Part shown: in pieces, positions 10,101 to 22,333 of the stretch | How the letters are laid out: every line of letters starts with the position of its first letter | Position numbering within the stretch: the stretch's first letter is position 1 | From: Nitrosopumilus sp. | GTDB lineage: Archaea; Thermoproteota; Nitrososphaeria; Nitrososphaerales; Nitrosopumilaceae | Direction of reading: 5' to 3' | Length of the DNA stretch: 64,000 bases | NCBI GenBank assembly: GCA_963667665.2 | Contig: OY763927.2 | Span: forward strand, 384,001 to 448,000 | The notes under the pieces: model-generated | The model's database searches: none | Told to the model about the DNA's origin: nothing | The model's input: only the letters and a program-made list of their open reading frames with translations | Program-made: the position numbers and the translations under genes

Positions 10101-13100
10101 AGTGCCGGGGGAACAGGCGGCGGTAGCAGCCCTGTTACTGAGGTCTCAGGTTCAGGTGATGTGTACTTTGTGACAGTCTTTGCATCAACTAATGGGATAT
10201 ACAACCTTGATCTTATCTCATCAGGTCACGGCATCGCAGATACTGCAAGCAACCCGCTGACCGACACGGATCCCACCGGGGCAGACCAGACATACACTGT
10301 CAGCATCACGGTTATAGATACCATCTACCCAAGACTTGAGTCAATTGAGCGGTACAATCCCGCATCCCAAAACACGACCAGCCAGACGCTGATCTACATG
10401 GCAACCTTCAGCGAGAATGTCACAGGGGTGGATGCATCTGACTTTATTTTGTCTCCTGACAGTGCCGGGGGAACAGGCGGCGGTAGCAGCCCTGTTACTG
10501 AGGTCTCAGGTTCAGGTGATGTGTACTTTGTGACAGTCTTTGCATCAACTAATGGGATATACAACCTTGATCTTATCTCATCAGGTCACGGCATCGCAGA
10601 TACTGCAAGCAACCCGCTGACCGACACGGATCCCACCGGGGCAGACCAGACATACACTGTCAGCATCACGGTTATAGATACCATCTACCCAAGACTTGAG
10701 TCAATTGAGCGGTACAATCCCGCATCCCAAAACACGACCAGCCAGACGCTGATCTACATGGCAACCTTCAGCGAGAATGTCACAGGGGTGGATGCATCTG
10801 ACTTTATTTTGTCTCCTGACAGTGCCGGGGGAACAGGCGGCGGTAGCAGCCCTGTTACTGAGGTCTCAGGTTCAGATGATGTGTACTTTGTGACAGTCTT
10901 TGCATCAACTAATGGGATATACAACCTTGATCTTATCTCATCAGGTCACGGCATCGCAGATACTGCAAGCAACCCGCTGACCGACACGGATCCCACCGGG
11001 GCAGACCAGACATACACTGTCAGCATCACGGTTATAGATACCATCTACCCAAGACTTGAGTCAATTGAGCGGTACAATCCCGCATCCCAAAACACGACCA
11101 GCCAGACGCTGATCTACATGGCAACCTTCAGCGAGAATGTCACAGGGGTGGATGCATCTGACTTTATTTTGTCTCCTGACAGTGCCGGGGGAACAGGCGG
11201 CGGTAGCAGCCCTGTTACTGAGGTCTCAGGTTCAGGTGATGTGTACTATGTGACAGTCTTTGCATCAACTAATGGGATATACAACCTTGATCTTATCTCA
11301 TCAGGTCACGGCATCGCAGATACTGCAAGCAACCCGCTGACCGACACGGATCCCACCGGGGCAGACCAGACATACACTGTCAGTACCACGGTTATAGATA
11401 CCATCTACCCAAGACTTGAGTCAATTGAGCGGTACAATCCCGCATCCCAAAACACGACCAGCCAGACGCTGATCTACATGGCAACCTTCAGCGAGAATGT
11501 CACAGGGGTGGATGCATCTGACTTTATTTTGTCTCCTGACAGTGCCGGGGGAACAGGCGGCGGTAGCAGCCCTGTTACTGAGGTCTCAGGTTCAGGTGAT
11601 GTGTACTTTGTGACAGTCTTTGCATCAACTAATGGGATATACAACCTTGATCTTATCTCATCAGGTCACGGCATCGCAGATACTGCAAGCAACCCGCTGA
11701 CCGACACGGATCCCACCGGGGCAGACCAGACATACACTGTCAGCATCACGGTTATAGATACCATCTACCCAAGACTTGAGTCAATTGAGCGGTACAATCC
11801 CGCATCCCAAAACACGACCAGCCAGACGCTGATCTACATGGCAACCTTCAGCGAGAATGTCACAGGGGTGGATGCATCTGACTTTATTTTGTCTCCTGAC
11901 AGTGCCGGGGGAACAGGCGGCGGTAGCAGCCCTGTTACTGAGGTCTCAGGTTCAGGTGATGTGTACTTTGTGACAGTCTTTGCATCAACTAATGGGATAT
12001 ACAACCTTGATCTTATCTCATCAGGTCACGGCATCGCAGATACTGCAAGCAACCCGCTGACCGACACGGATCCCACCGGGGCAGACCAGACATACACTGT
12101 CAGCATCACGGTTATAGATACCATCTACCCAAGACTTGAGTCAATTGAGCGGTACAATCCCGCATCCCAAAACACGACCAGCCAGACGCTGATCTACATG
12201 GCAACCTTCAGCGAGAATGTCACAGGGGTGGATGCATCTGACTTTATTTTGTCTCCTGACAGTGCCGGGGGAACAGGCGGCGGTAGCAGCCCTGTTACTG
12301 AGGTCTCAGGTTCAGGTGATGTGTACTTTGTGACAGTCTTTGCATCAACTAATGGGATATACAACCTTGATCTTATCTCATCAGGTCACGGCATCGCAGA
12401 TACTGCAAGCAACCCGCTGACCGACACGGATCCCACCGGGGCAGACCAGACATACACTGTCAGCATCACGGTTATAGATACCATCTACCCAAGACTTGAG
12501 TCAATTGAGCGGTACAATCCCGCATCCCAAAACACGACCAGCCAGACGCTGATCTACATGGCAACCTTCAGCGAGAATGTCACAGGGGTGGATGCATCTG
12601 ACTTTATTTTGTCTCCTGACAGTGCCGGGGGAGGGAACACCTCTGCCTCCACCGGACAGTTCACGCATACAAGATCCCCCAACCTTACCATACCTGACCT
12701 TGCAACTGTATCTGATACCATCACAGTCTCCAGTTCTGGAACTGTCGCCTCCGTCTCAGTTACAGTAGACATCACGCATAACTACATCGGCGATCTCAAG
12801 ATAGACCTCATTGCACCTGACGGCACTACCAGAACGTTGCACGACCGTGAAGGCGGCACTGCGAACAACATATACAAGACGTACACCCTGCCCTTTGGAA
12901 GCGTACCGATCTCAGGCGTCTGGACACTGCAGATAAACGACAACTATGATGTCGATTCCGGAGTCCTGAACAGCTGGACGCTTACGGTCAATTATGCTGA
13001 TGCTGCCACCATCCCTGTCACCGGCATATCAGGTTCAGATGATGTGTACTATGTGACAGTCTTTGCATCAACTAATGGGATATACAACCTTGATCTTATC

Positions 13101-16100
13101 TCATCAGGTCACGGCATCGCAGATACTGCAAGCAACCCGCTGACCGACACGGATCCCACCGGGGCAGACCAGACATACACTGTCAGTACCACGGTTATAG
13201 ATACCATCTACCCAAGACTTGAGTCAATTGAGCGGTACAATCCCGCATCCCAAAACACGACCAGCCAGACGCTGATCTACATGGCAACCTTCAGCGAGAA
13301 TGTCACAGGGGTGGATGCATCTGACTTTATTTTGTCTCCTGACAGTGCCGGGGGAGGGAACACCTCTGCCTCCACCGGACAGTTCACGCATACAAGATCC
13401 CCCAACCTTACCATACCTGACCTTGCAACTGTATCTGATACCATCACAGTCTCCAGTTCTGGAACTGTCGCCTCCGTCTCAGTTACAGTAGACATCACGC
13501 ATAACTACATCGGCGATCTCAAGATAGACCTCATTGCACCTGACGGCACTACCAGAACGTTGCACGACCGTGAAGGCGGCACTGCGAACAACATATACAA
13601 GACGTACACCCTGCCCTTTGGAAGCGTACCGATCTCAGGCGTCTGGACACTGCAGATAAACGACAACTATGATGTCGATTCCGGAGTCCTGAACAGCTGG
13701 ACACTTACCATCGGTTACGGGACTACTCTCAGCCCTGTCACTGACGTCTCAGGTTCAGATGATGTGTACTTTGTGACAGTCTTTGCATCAACTAATGGGA
13801 TATACAACCTTGATCTTATCTCATCAGGTCACGGCATCGCAGATACTGCAAGCAACCCGCTGACCGACACGGATCCCACCGGGGCAGACCAGACATACAC
13901 TGTCAGCATCACGGTTATAGATACCATCTACCCAAGACTTGAGTCAATTGAGCGGTACAATCCCGCATCCCAAAACACGACCAGCCAGACGCTGATCTAC
14001 ATGGCAACCTTCAGCGAGAATGTCACAGGGGTGGATGCATCTGACTTTATTTTGTCTCCTGACAGTGCCGGGGGAACAGGCGGCGGTAGCAGCCCTGTTA
14101 CTGAGGTCTCAGGTTCAGATGATGTGTACTTTGTGACAGTCTTTGCATCAACTAATGGGATATACAACCTTGATCTTATCTCATCAGGTCACGGCATCGC
14201 AGATACTGCAAGCAACCCGCTGACCGACACGGATCCCACCGGGGCAGACCAGACATACACTGTCAGCATCACGGTTATAGATACCATCTACCCAAGACTT
14301 GAGTCAATTGAGCGGTACAATCCCGCATCCCAAAACACGACCAGCCAGACGCTGATCTACATGGCAACCTTCAGCGAGAATGTCACAGGGGTGGATGCAT
14401 CTGACTTTATTTTGTCTCCTGACAGTGCCGGGGGAGGGAACACCTCTGCCTCCACCGGACAGTTCACGCATACAAGATCCCCCAACCTTACCATACCTGA
14501 CCTTGCAACTGTATCTGATACCATCACAGTCCCTGATTCTGAAACTGCCACATCCGTCTCAGTTACAGTAGACATCACGCATAACTACATCGGCGATCTC
14601 AAGATAGACCTCATTGCACCTGATGGCACTTCAATAACACTACACGACAATTCTGGCGGCAGCACCGACAACATAGACCAGCCGTACGCCCCGTTATTTG
14701 GAAGCATCCCCATCTCAGGTGTCTGGACCCTGCAGATACACGATAACTATGACGCCGATCCCGGGGTTCTGAACAGCTGGACACTTACCATCAATTACGG
14801 CGATACTGCCACAACTGTCAGCTCCGTTACTGACATCTCAGGTTCAGGTGATGTGTACTATGTGACAGTCTTTGCATCAACTAATGGGATATACAACCTT
14901 GATCTTATCTCATCAGGTCACGGCATCGCAGATACTGCAAGCAACCCGCTGACCGACACGGATCCCACCGGGGCAGACCAGACATACACTGTCAGCATCA
15001 CGGTTATAGATACCATCTACCCAAGACTTGAGTCAATTGAGCGGTACAATCCCGCATCCCAAAACACGACCAGCCAGACGCTGATCTACATGGCAACCTT
15101 CAGCGAGAATGTCACAGGGGTGGATGCATCTGACTTTATTTTGTCTCCTGACAGTGCCGGGGGAACAGGCGGCGGTAGCAGCCCTGTTACTGAGGTCTCA
15201 GGTTCAGGTGATGTGTACTTTGTGACAGTCTTTGCATCAACTAATGGGATATACAACCTTGATCTTATCTCATCAGGTCACGGCATCGCAGATACTGCAA
15301 GCAACCCGCTGACCGACACGGATCCCACCGGGGCAGACCAGACATACACTGTCAGCATCACGGTTATAGATACCATCTACCCAAGACTTGAGTCAATTGA
15401 GCGGTACAATCCCGCATCCCAAAACACGACCAGCCAGACGCTGATCTACATGGCAACCTTCAGCGAGAATGTCACAGGGGTGGATGCATCTGACTTTATT
15501 TTGTCTCCTGACAGTGCCGGGGGAACAGGCGGCGGTAGCAGCCCTGTTACTGAGGTCTCAGGTTCAGATGATGTGTACTTTGTGACAGTCTTTGCATCAA
15601 CTAATGGGATATACAACCTTGATCTTATCTCATCAGGTCACGGCATCGCAGATACTGCAAGCAACCCGCTGACCGACACGGATCCCACCGGGGCAGACCA
15701 GACATACACGTCAGCATCACGGTTATAGATACCATCTACCCAAGACTTGAGTCAATTGAGCGGTACAATCCCGCATCCCAAAACACGACCAGCCAGACGC
15801 TGATCTACATGGCAACCTTCAGCGAGAATGTCACAGGGGTGGATGCATCTGACTTTATTTTGTCTCCTGACAGTGCCGGGGGAACAGGCGGCGGTAGCAG
15901 CCCTGTTACTGACGTCTCAGGTTCAGATGATGTGTACTTTGTGACAGTCTTTGCATCAACTAATGGGATATACAACCTTGATCTTATCTCATCAGGTCAC
16001 GGCATCGCAGATACTGCAAGCAACCCGCTGACCGACACGGATCCCACCGGGGCAGACCAGACATACACTGTCAGCATCACGGTTATAGATACCATCTACC

Positions 16101-18241
16101 CAAGACTTGAGTCAATTGAGCGGTACAATCCCGCATCCCAAAACACGACCAGCCAGACGCTGATCTACATGGCAACCTTCAGCGAGAATGTCACAGGGGT
16201 GGATGCATCTGACTTTATTTTGTCTCCTGACAGCACCTGGGGAGGGAACACCTCTGCCTCCACCGGACAGTTCACGCATACAAGATCCCCCAACCTTACC
16301 ATACCTGACCTTGCAACTGTATCTGATACCATCACAGTCTCCAGTTCTGGAACTGTCGCCTCCGTCTCAGTTACAGTAGACATCACGCATAACTACATCG
16401 GCGATCTCAAGATAGACCTCATTGCACCTGACGGCACTACCAGAACGTTGCACGACCGTGAAGGCGGCACTGCGAACAACATATACAAGACGTACACCCT
16501 GCCCTTTGGAAGCGTACCGATCTCAGGCGTCTGGACACTGCAGATAAACGACAACTATGATGTCGATTCCGGAGTCCTGAACAGCTGGACACTTACCATC
16601 GGTTACGGGACTACTCTCAGCCCTGTCACTGACGTCTCAGGTTCAGATGATGTGTACTTTGTGACAGTCTTTGCATCAACTAATGGGATATACAACCTTG
16701 ATCTTATCTCATCAGGTCACGGCATCGCAGATACTGCAAGCAACCCGCTGACCGACACGGATCCCACCGGGGCAGACCAGACATACACTGTCAGCATCAC
16801 GGTTATAGATACCATCTACCCAAGACTTGAGTCAATTGAGCGGTACAATCCCGCATCCCAAAACACGACCAGCCAGACGCTGATCTACATGGCAACCTTC
16901 AGCGAGAATGTCACAGGGGTGGATGCATCTGACTTTATTTTGTCTCCTGACAGCACCTGGGGAGGGAACACCTCTGCCTCCACCGGACAGTTCACGCATA
17001 CAAGATCCCCCAACCTTACCATACCTGACCTTGCAACTGTATCTGATACCATCACAGTCTCCAGTTCTGGAACTGTCGCCTCCGTCTCAGTTACAGTAGA
17101 CATCACGCATAACTACATCGGCGATCTCAAGATAGACCTCATTGCACCTGACGGCACTACCAGAACGTTGCACGACCGTGAAGGCGGCACTGCGAACAAC
17201 ATATACAAGACGTACACCCTGCCCTTTGGAAGCGTACCGATCTCAGGCGTCTGGACACTGCAGATAAACGACAACTATGATGTCGATTCCGGAGTCCTGA
17301 ACAGCTGGACGCTTACGGTCAATTATGCTGATGCTGCCACCATCCCTGTCACCGGCATATCAGGTTCAGATGATGTGTACTATGTGACAGTCTTTGCATC
17401 AACTAATGGGATATACAACCTTGATCTTATCTCATCAGGTCACGGCATCGCAGATACTGCAAGCAACCCGCTGACCGACACGGATCCCACCGGGGCAGAC
17501 CAGACATACACTGTCAGCATCACGGTTATAGATACCATCTACCCAAGACTTGAGTCAATTGAGCGGTACAATCCCGCATCCCAAAACACGACCAGCCAGA
17601 CGCTGATCTACATGGCAACCTTCAGCGAGAATGTCACAGGGGTGGATGCATCTGACTTTATTTTGTCTCCTGACAGCACCTGGGGAGGGAACACCTCTGC
17701 CTCCACCGGACAGTTCACGCATACAAGATCCCCCAACCTTACCATACCTGACCTTGCAACTGTATCTGATACCATCACAGTCTCCAGTTCTGGAACTGTC
17801 GCCTCCGTCTCAGTTACAGTAGACATCACGCATAACTACATCGGCGATCTCAAGATAGACCTCATTGCACCTGACGGCACTACCAGAACGTTGCACGACC
17901 GTAAAGGCGGCACTGCGAACAACATATACAAGACGTACACCCTGCCCTTTGGAAGCGTACCGATCTCAGGCGTCTGGACACTGCAGATAAACGACAACTA
18001 TGATGTCGATTCCGGAGTCCTGAACAGCTGGACACTTACCATCGGTTACGGGACTACTCTCAGCCCTGTCACTGAGGTCTCAGGTTCAGGTGATGTGTAC
18101 TATGTGACAGTCTCTGCATTACAGGACGGGATATACAACCTTGATCTTATCTCATCAGGTCACGGCATCGCAGATACTGCAAGCAACCCGCTGACCGACA
18201 CGGATCCCACCGGGGCAGACCAGACATATACTGTGAGCTAG
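7194..18241 (+). CDS. Giant repetitive surface protein (3682 aa if the 1-nt deletion at 15709/15710 is restored): leader, 5 beta-propeller-type repeats, 20 Ig-like modules, 7 proprotein-convertase P-domains
   Basis: ORFs 7194-15728 and 15809-18241 are separated by a T missing relative to sister repeats (ACACGTC vs ACACTGTC). Motifs: GMAFSNDG.KMFV; TFSENVTGVDASDF...IADTASNPL; VDITH..IGDLKIDLIAPDGT...G.WTL.I.D. Confidence 0.9.
9421..18235 (+). repeat. Near-identical 360-bp tandem coding repeat with interspersed ~360-bp P-domain cassettes
   Basis: CCATCTACCCAAGACTTGAG recurs 18 times: 9601-12481 at exact 360-bp spacing (9 copies), then ~13204, 13924, 14284, 15013, 15373, 15732, 16092, 16812, 17535. 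Confidence 0.98.
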
Positions 18242-19400
18242 TTTGTTGCATAACCTGCCACAGTTCTGATCTGATCGTGTAGCATCTCAGCTATACTTTC
18301 ATCATGCCATTGAGATCACCCTCTGAGTTATGTCTATGAACTGGTTGTAGCGCTGGATCTTCAGCGCTATCTCTTGAATAATGTTATCCATTGTTTTTGC
18401 CATTACCGAACTTCCAAATATCCTCTTAAACGCCGAGAAGAATATCTCCACCTGCCATCGTGGACCATATTCTGCGTGTTTTTTCCACTCATTTTGGTTT
18501 TCCGTACGTTCCTTGATGTCCATGTCGTGAAATTTGGCGAGGTTTGTAATGCCGCCACCCAGCTGGTCAAGCGCTGCAATGCCGCGTTCTCGACTGACCC
18601 CTTTTGCCTTGTATTCTGCATTGCGTCTTATTTTGATGATGGGTGTAATGCCATACTCTTTACACGTCTGAAAATTCTCCCGGCTGTCATATCCTGCATC
18701 AGCCCTGATCTCAATCCTGACAGGTTCCGGCGGTGGCCCGGTGCCTGCTTCCATGACTGCTGCGCGCCGTACATCCGGATCGATGCCCATGCTCTTTAGC
18801 GCCTGTCTTATCAGGGGTTCAAACTGCGGGGAGTCGCCAATCGTCTCATCTGTTACCGTAAATCCCAGCACCCGCATGGTATCTTGCTCTATCATAACAC
18901 TGAGTCTTATGAAGCCTGACTTGGTTCTTATCTTGTATTTGTATCGAATGTAGTCGCCCTTGGCAGATGGAGACATGCCGGTGCTGTCTATGATCATCTG
19001 CAATATACTGCCTTTACCCTTGATGGTTATGGTTCTGTCTGTAATGGATGCATCAAGGCTCTTCGTTCTTCTCCACAAGGTAACATGATCAGGTGCATTT
19101 TCCTCGCCCAGAGCAGCTATTGCCATTCCTTTTGCACATCTAAGTGCAATGCCCAACTGCAGACGTATTCCGATTATGGCCATCACCAGGCACTCTGAAT
19201 AGACGAATGGATGACCGTTTTTACCTGCATTCATCTGTTTGAGTTCTTCATCCATTTTGTCGGGAAGAGCCAATGTATCATCTTTCCCCGTTCCACATAC
19301 CTTGCATCATTTTGCGCATGGCTCATATGTAACCGCGACTTTTGTTTGGTTCTGGCACCATCGTGCGTCATGTCTGTTCACCTCTGGAATGTGACATACA
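18239..19400 (-). mobile_element. IS5-family (IS903-like) element; transposase 18302-19273 with N-terminus in another frame
   Basis: MNAGKNGHPFVYS...PDHVTLWRR...IIDSTG...ADAGYD...YGPRWQVEIFFSAFKRIFG; TAGTTTGTTGCATAAC at 18239 resembles an IS903-type end; opposite end not recognisable. Confidence 0.85.
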
Positions 19401-19771
19401 ACTAATTTCGATTAACTTGATGGAGAAAAGAAACTCACAAGTAACGTTAAATTGCCTTATCTAATTACTAAAATATATTAAATAAAAAATTTTTAAAATA
19501 TATTTATTATTTAATTCCACGTTTTAGCATGTCATTTATTACTCTTGAATAACTGCATGTATTATTTTCTTCCCTAATGATTTTTGATTGGATTATACGA
19601 AGTTTTTTATCTAGGTCACTATCTATCATTATGGTAACTCTTTTTGCCATGTTATTATAATATGATGTTTTTATTTAAGTATTTGGTGTAATTGATCATT
19701 TAATACTCTGTCAAAAAGGTTCTGTAACATCTTCGAGGGAAACATGAAATACAGATCTTCTAAGGATTCGT

Positions 19772-20335
19772 TTATTCTGTAGCCTTGTTTAATGAGGCAT
19801 TTTGTATGATGGTTTTCCATTTATTTTTTCCATCAATTTCAATCATTGAGGCTTCGGCTGGAGTTCTACCTTTTAGAGCTCCATGTTTTTTTGTGAAATT
19901 ATAGTAGACTCTCATTCCATCTAAAATTGGAGTATCCATCTTTTTGAGACCTCTGAAAACCTTTTCACGATCTCTAATTTCACCATTAAGGCGTTCCATC
20001 TTGTTGTTGTTCATATCACCCTTTAGGTGAATATGTCTGATATGGTTAGTTTTCTTGCCAAACACTTTCTTTGATGACTTCATGTAAGCTGGCAATCCGT
20101 CAGTTATGAAATTTCTGGGATTCTTTCCAGCTTGTTTCTTGGTTAATTCTAGTAAATTATCTGCATTGTGTTGAAACTTTGTTGTCGCCATATCACTAGC
20201 TAGCCAAAATCTACTATCATCATCCATTGAAGCAAACAGATAACATTGTTTGCCATTTACCTTAATCCATACCTCATCAGCCCTGAACCAGTCGCCAACT
20301 CTTGGAACTATACCATTGAGATAAACAAAAGTTAG
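19772..20335 (-). pseudogene. IS6/IS240-type DDE transposase core, N-terminus lost, fused to methyltransferase
   Basis: RADEVWIKVNG..YLFASMD...ITDGLPAY...NNNKMERLNG...YYNF..TPAEA. Confidence 0.9.
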
Positions 20336-22157
20336 TTTGGAATAATCTGTTTTCATATATGCTTCTGCAACCCATTCATCTTCTGCTGTTACTTTATGTA
20401 GTACACATTCCTCTGGAATTTCCTTTCGTTCACGATAATTCTCAATCCATTTATCTTTAATCTCTTTCCATTTACCATGCTTGTCTATTCTGCCTTCATG
20501 TTTTGTTTTTTCAAATTCGTCATTCTTCCAAAACCCAAACCATGTAGATTTTTTTGAATCATGTGGTACTTTGGCACGAAAAACCATGATGCATGTGATT
20601 ATTCCAACTGGATTAAATAATTCGTTAGGCATACTCATTACCGCTTCCAATGTATGTTTTTTTAACAAATCCTCCTTTTGCGGAGTTGGAGTAGTGGCAC
20701 AACTAACAGGAACAATTGCTACCACCATCCCATTCTTTTCTATACTGTCAAGACAATTAGATATAAAATTCAATTCATGTAATCCTTCACCTTTTTGAGA
20801 ATATGGTGGATTAAGAAAACCTACAGTGCACTTGTGTTTTTCAAGTATTGTGCCAGTCATGGAAAAGCAGTTTTTTTGATATATGTGTGTTTTACCGTCT
20901 CCCCTCAATATCATATTGGCACATGCCAAAGCAAACATGTTTGACTGTTGTTCTATTCCTATCAATTGAGTTTCTTTGATGCCTTTCTTTTTAGATTCAT
21001 CATTTCCAGCTTCATCAGTCATTTTTTTCATGGCACTAATTAAAAAACTGGCTGTTCCACAACAATTATCAAATACAACATCGTCTTTGTCTATATTTGC
21101 AATATCGACAAACAATTCGGTTATGTGTTTGGGAGTAATGACAATTCCTAACCCTTTCTTGTCTCCACCAGTATATCTTAAAAATTCTCCATAGAACTGA
21201 CCAAGTATGTCGATTGATCCGTTAGAATCAGCAAAGGGTAAAAACATTAATCTCTATATCATGAATCAAACTATGTAGAAGATGAATTGATTTTCTATCA
21301 TTATCTTTTTCTTTAGTCAATTCAGGATGTACTTTGATAAACTGGTATGGATATAGTATAGTTTCCATTTTGTTTTCATCTAATTTTCCAGCAATCAACA
21401 CCTCTTTGATTGTAGTTACCAATAATGTTGCAAGACTTTTTGATGTCTTTTTCTTTGAATAACTTGCTCTGAAACTATCATCCGTCAAAGCTATCAAAAT
21501 ACCGCTTATCAAGAGAGGTTTTTCTGGTTCACTTAATTTTACATTGTCTCTTAAATCATTGTAAAGTTTTTTTGAATATTTCATCAATTTTGAAATATCA
21601 TTTTTCTCTTTTTCAGGGTCTTTTTTGTAAAGTGAAACATAATCTTCAAATTCACGAATGTCTTTATCTAGTTTATCAATTATTTTTTTAGATTTTAATT
21701 GTAAGAATGTAGATACTTTTAATTCAGATTTATTTTGTCCACTTGCTGCAATAGAGATCATCAAATTCCTTTGCCAAATATTCTGAATAAAGTAAAACCC
21801 CATCAACTGCATAATCTTTTGGTTTGTCTCTATTCTTACTTTCATGTTTTTTTGTATCTGCCTTGCACTCTATAATTATTATAAGGTCAGGTATCTCATC
21901 AAACGTAACAATAAATTCAGGACTCCCCCCCCAAACCGCTTTTTGAAGCATTTTTCAACAATTTTTTAATTCTTGGATTCTGCGACTGTTGTTCTTCTAT
22001 GGTTACTTTGGAATATTTTTTTTTGATTTGCCTTTAGAATATCACGCACAATATCTTCAGTAATTCTTTCATTCAATTTTGAATTATCTGAAAATTGATC
22101 TTTAAGATCAAGGGATTTTTTTGATAGCTTTTTAGTCAAAATTTCTAAAGCAACCAT
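20335..22157 (-). pseudogene. BcgI-alpha-like (type IIB/IIG) restriction-modification subunit with four frameshifts
   Basis: NERITEDIV...SPEF...IIIECKA nuclease; GQFYGEFLRY..GDKKGLGIVITP, FDNCCGTASF (motif I), LNPPYS (motif IV). Frame breaks near 22016-22024, 21925-21932, ~21758, ~21242. Confidence 0.85.
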
Positions 22158-22333
22158 TAGAGTATCTTACCTCGTAGGCAGATCAAGTGTTTGATTTGAA
22201 TAGTGCTGACTGTGGGTTTAGACTCAGCAGTATTTTTTGAATTTGGAAAAGATTTGTATTTCATGCTTCCCTCGAAGATGTTACAGAACCGTCAAAAAGA
22301 TCATTTTTATACTAACTAATTCCTGTTAATTTT

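Larger units (their letters stand above)
19718..22290 (-). mobile_element. IS6-like cargo transposon (deletion derivative) with 42-bp TIRs and 8-bp target duplication
   Basis: Left GGTTCTGTAACATCTTCGAGGGAAACATGAAATACAGATCTT matches the reverse complement of the right end at 40/42; GTCAAAAA at 19710-19717 and 22291-22298. Confidence 0.95.

Noticed and set aside
12554-17829. Repeated 63-aa and 73-aa ORFs inside the giant gene
   Set aside because: Alternative-frame shadows of the repeated P-domain cassette.
9421-18235. Diversity-generating retroelement template/variable repeats
   Set aside because: No reverse transcriptase in the window; differences are few and not adenine-specific.
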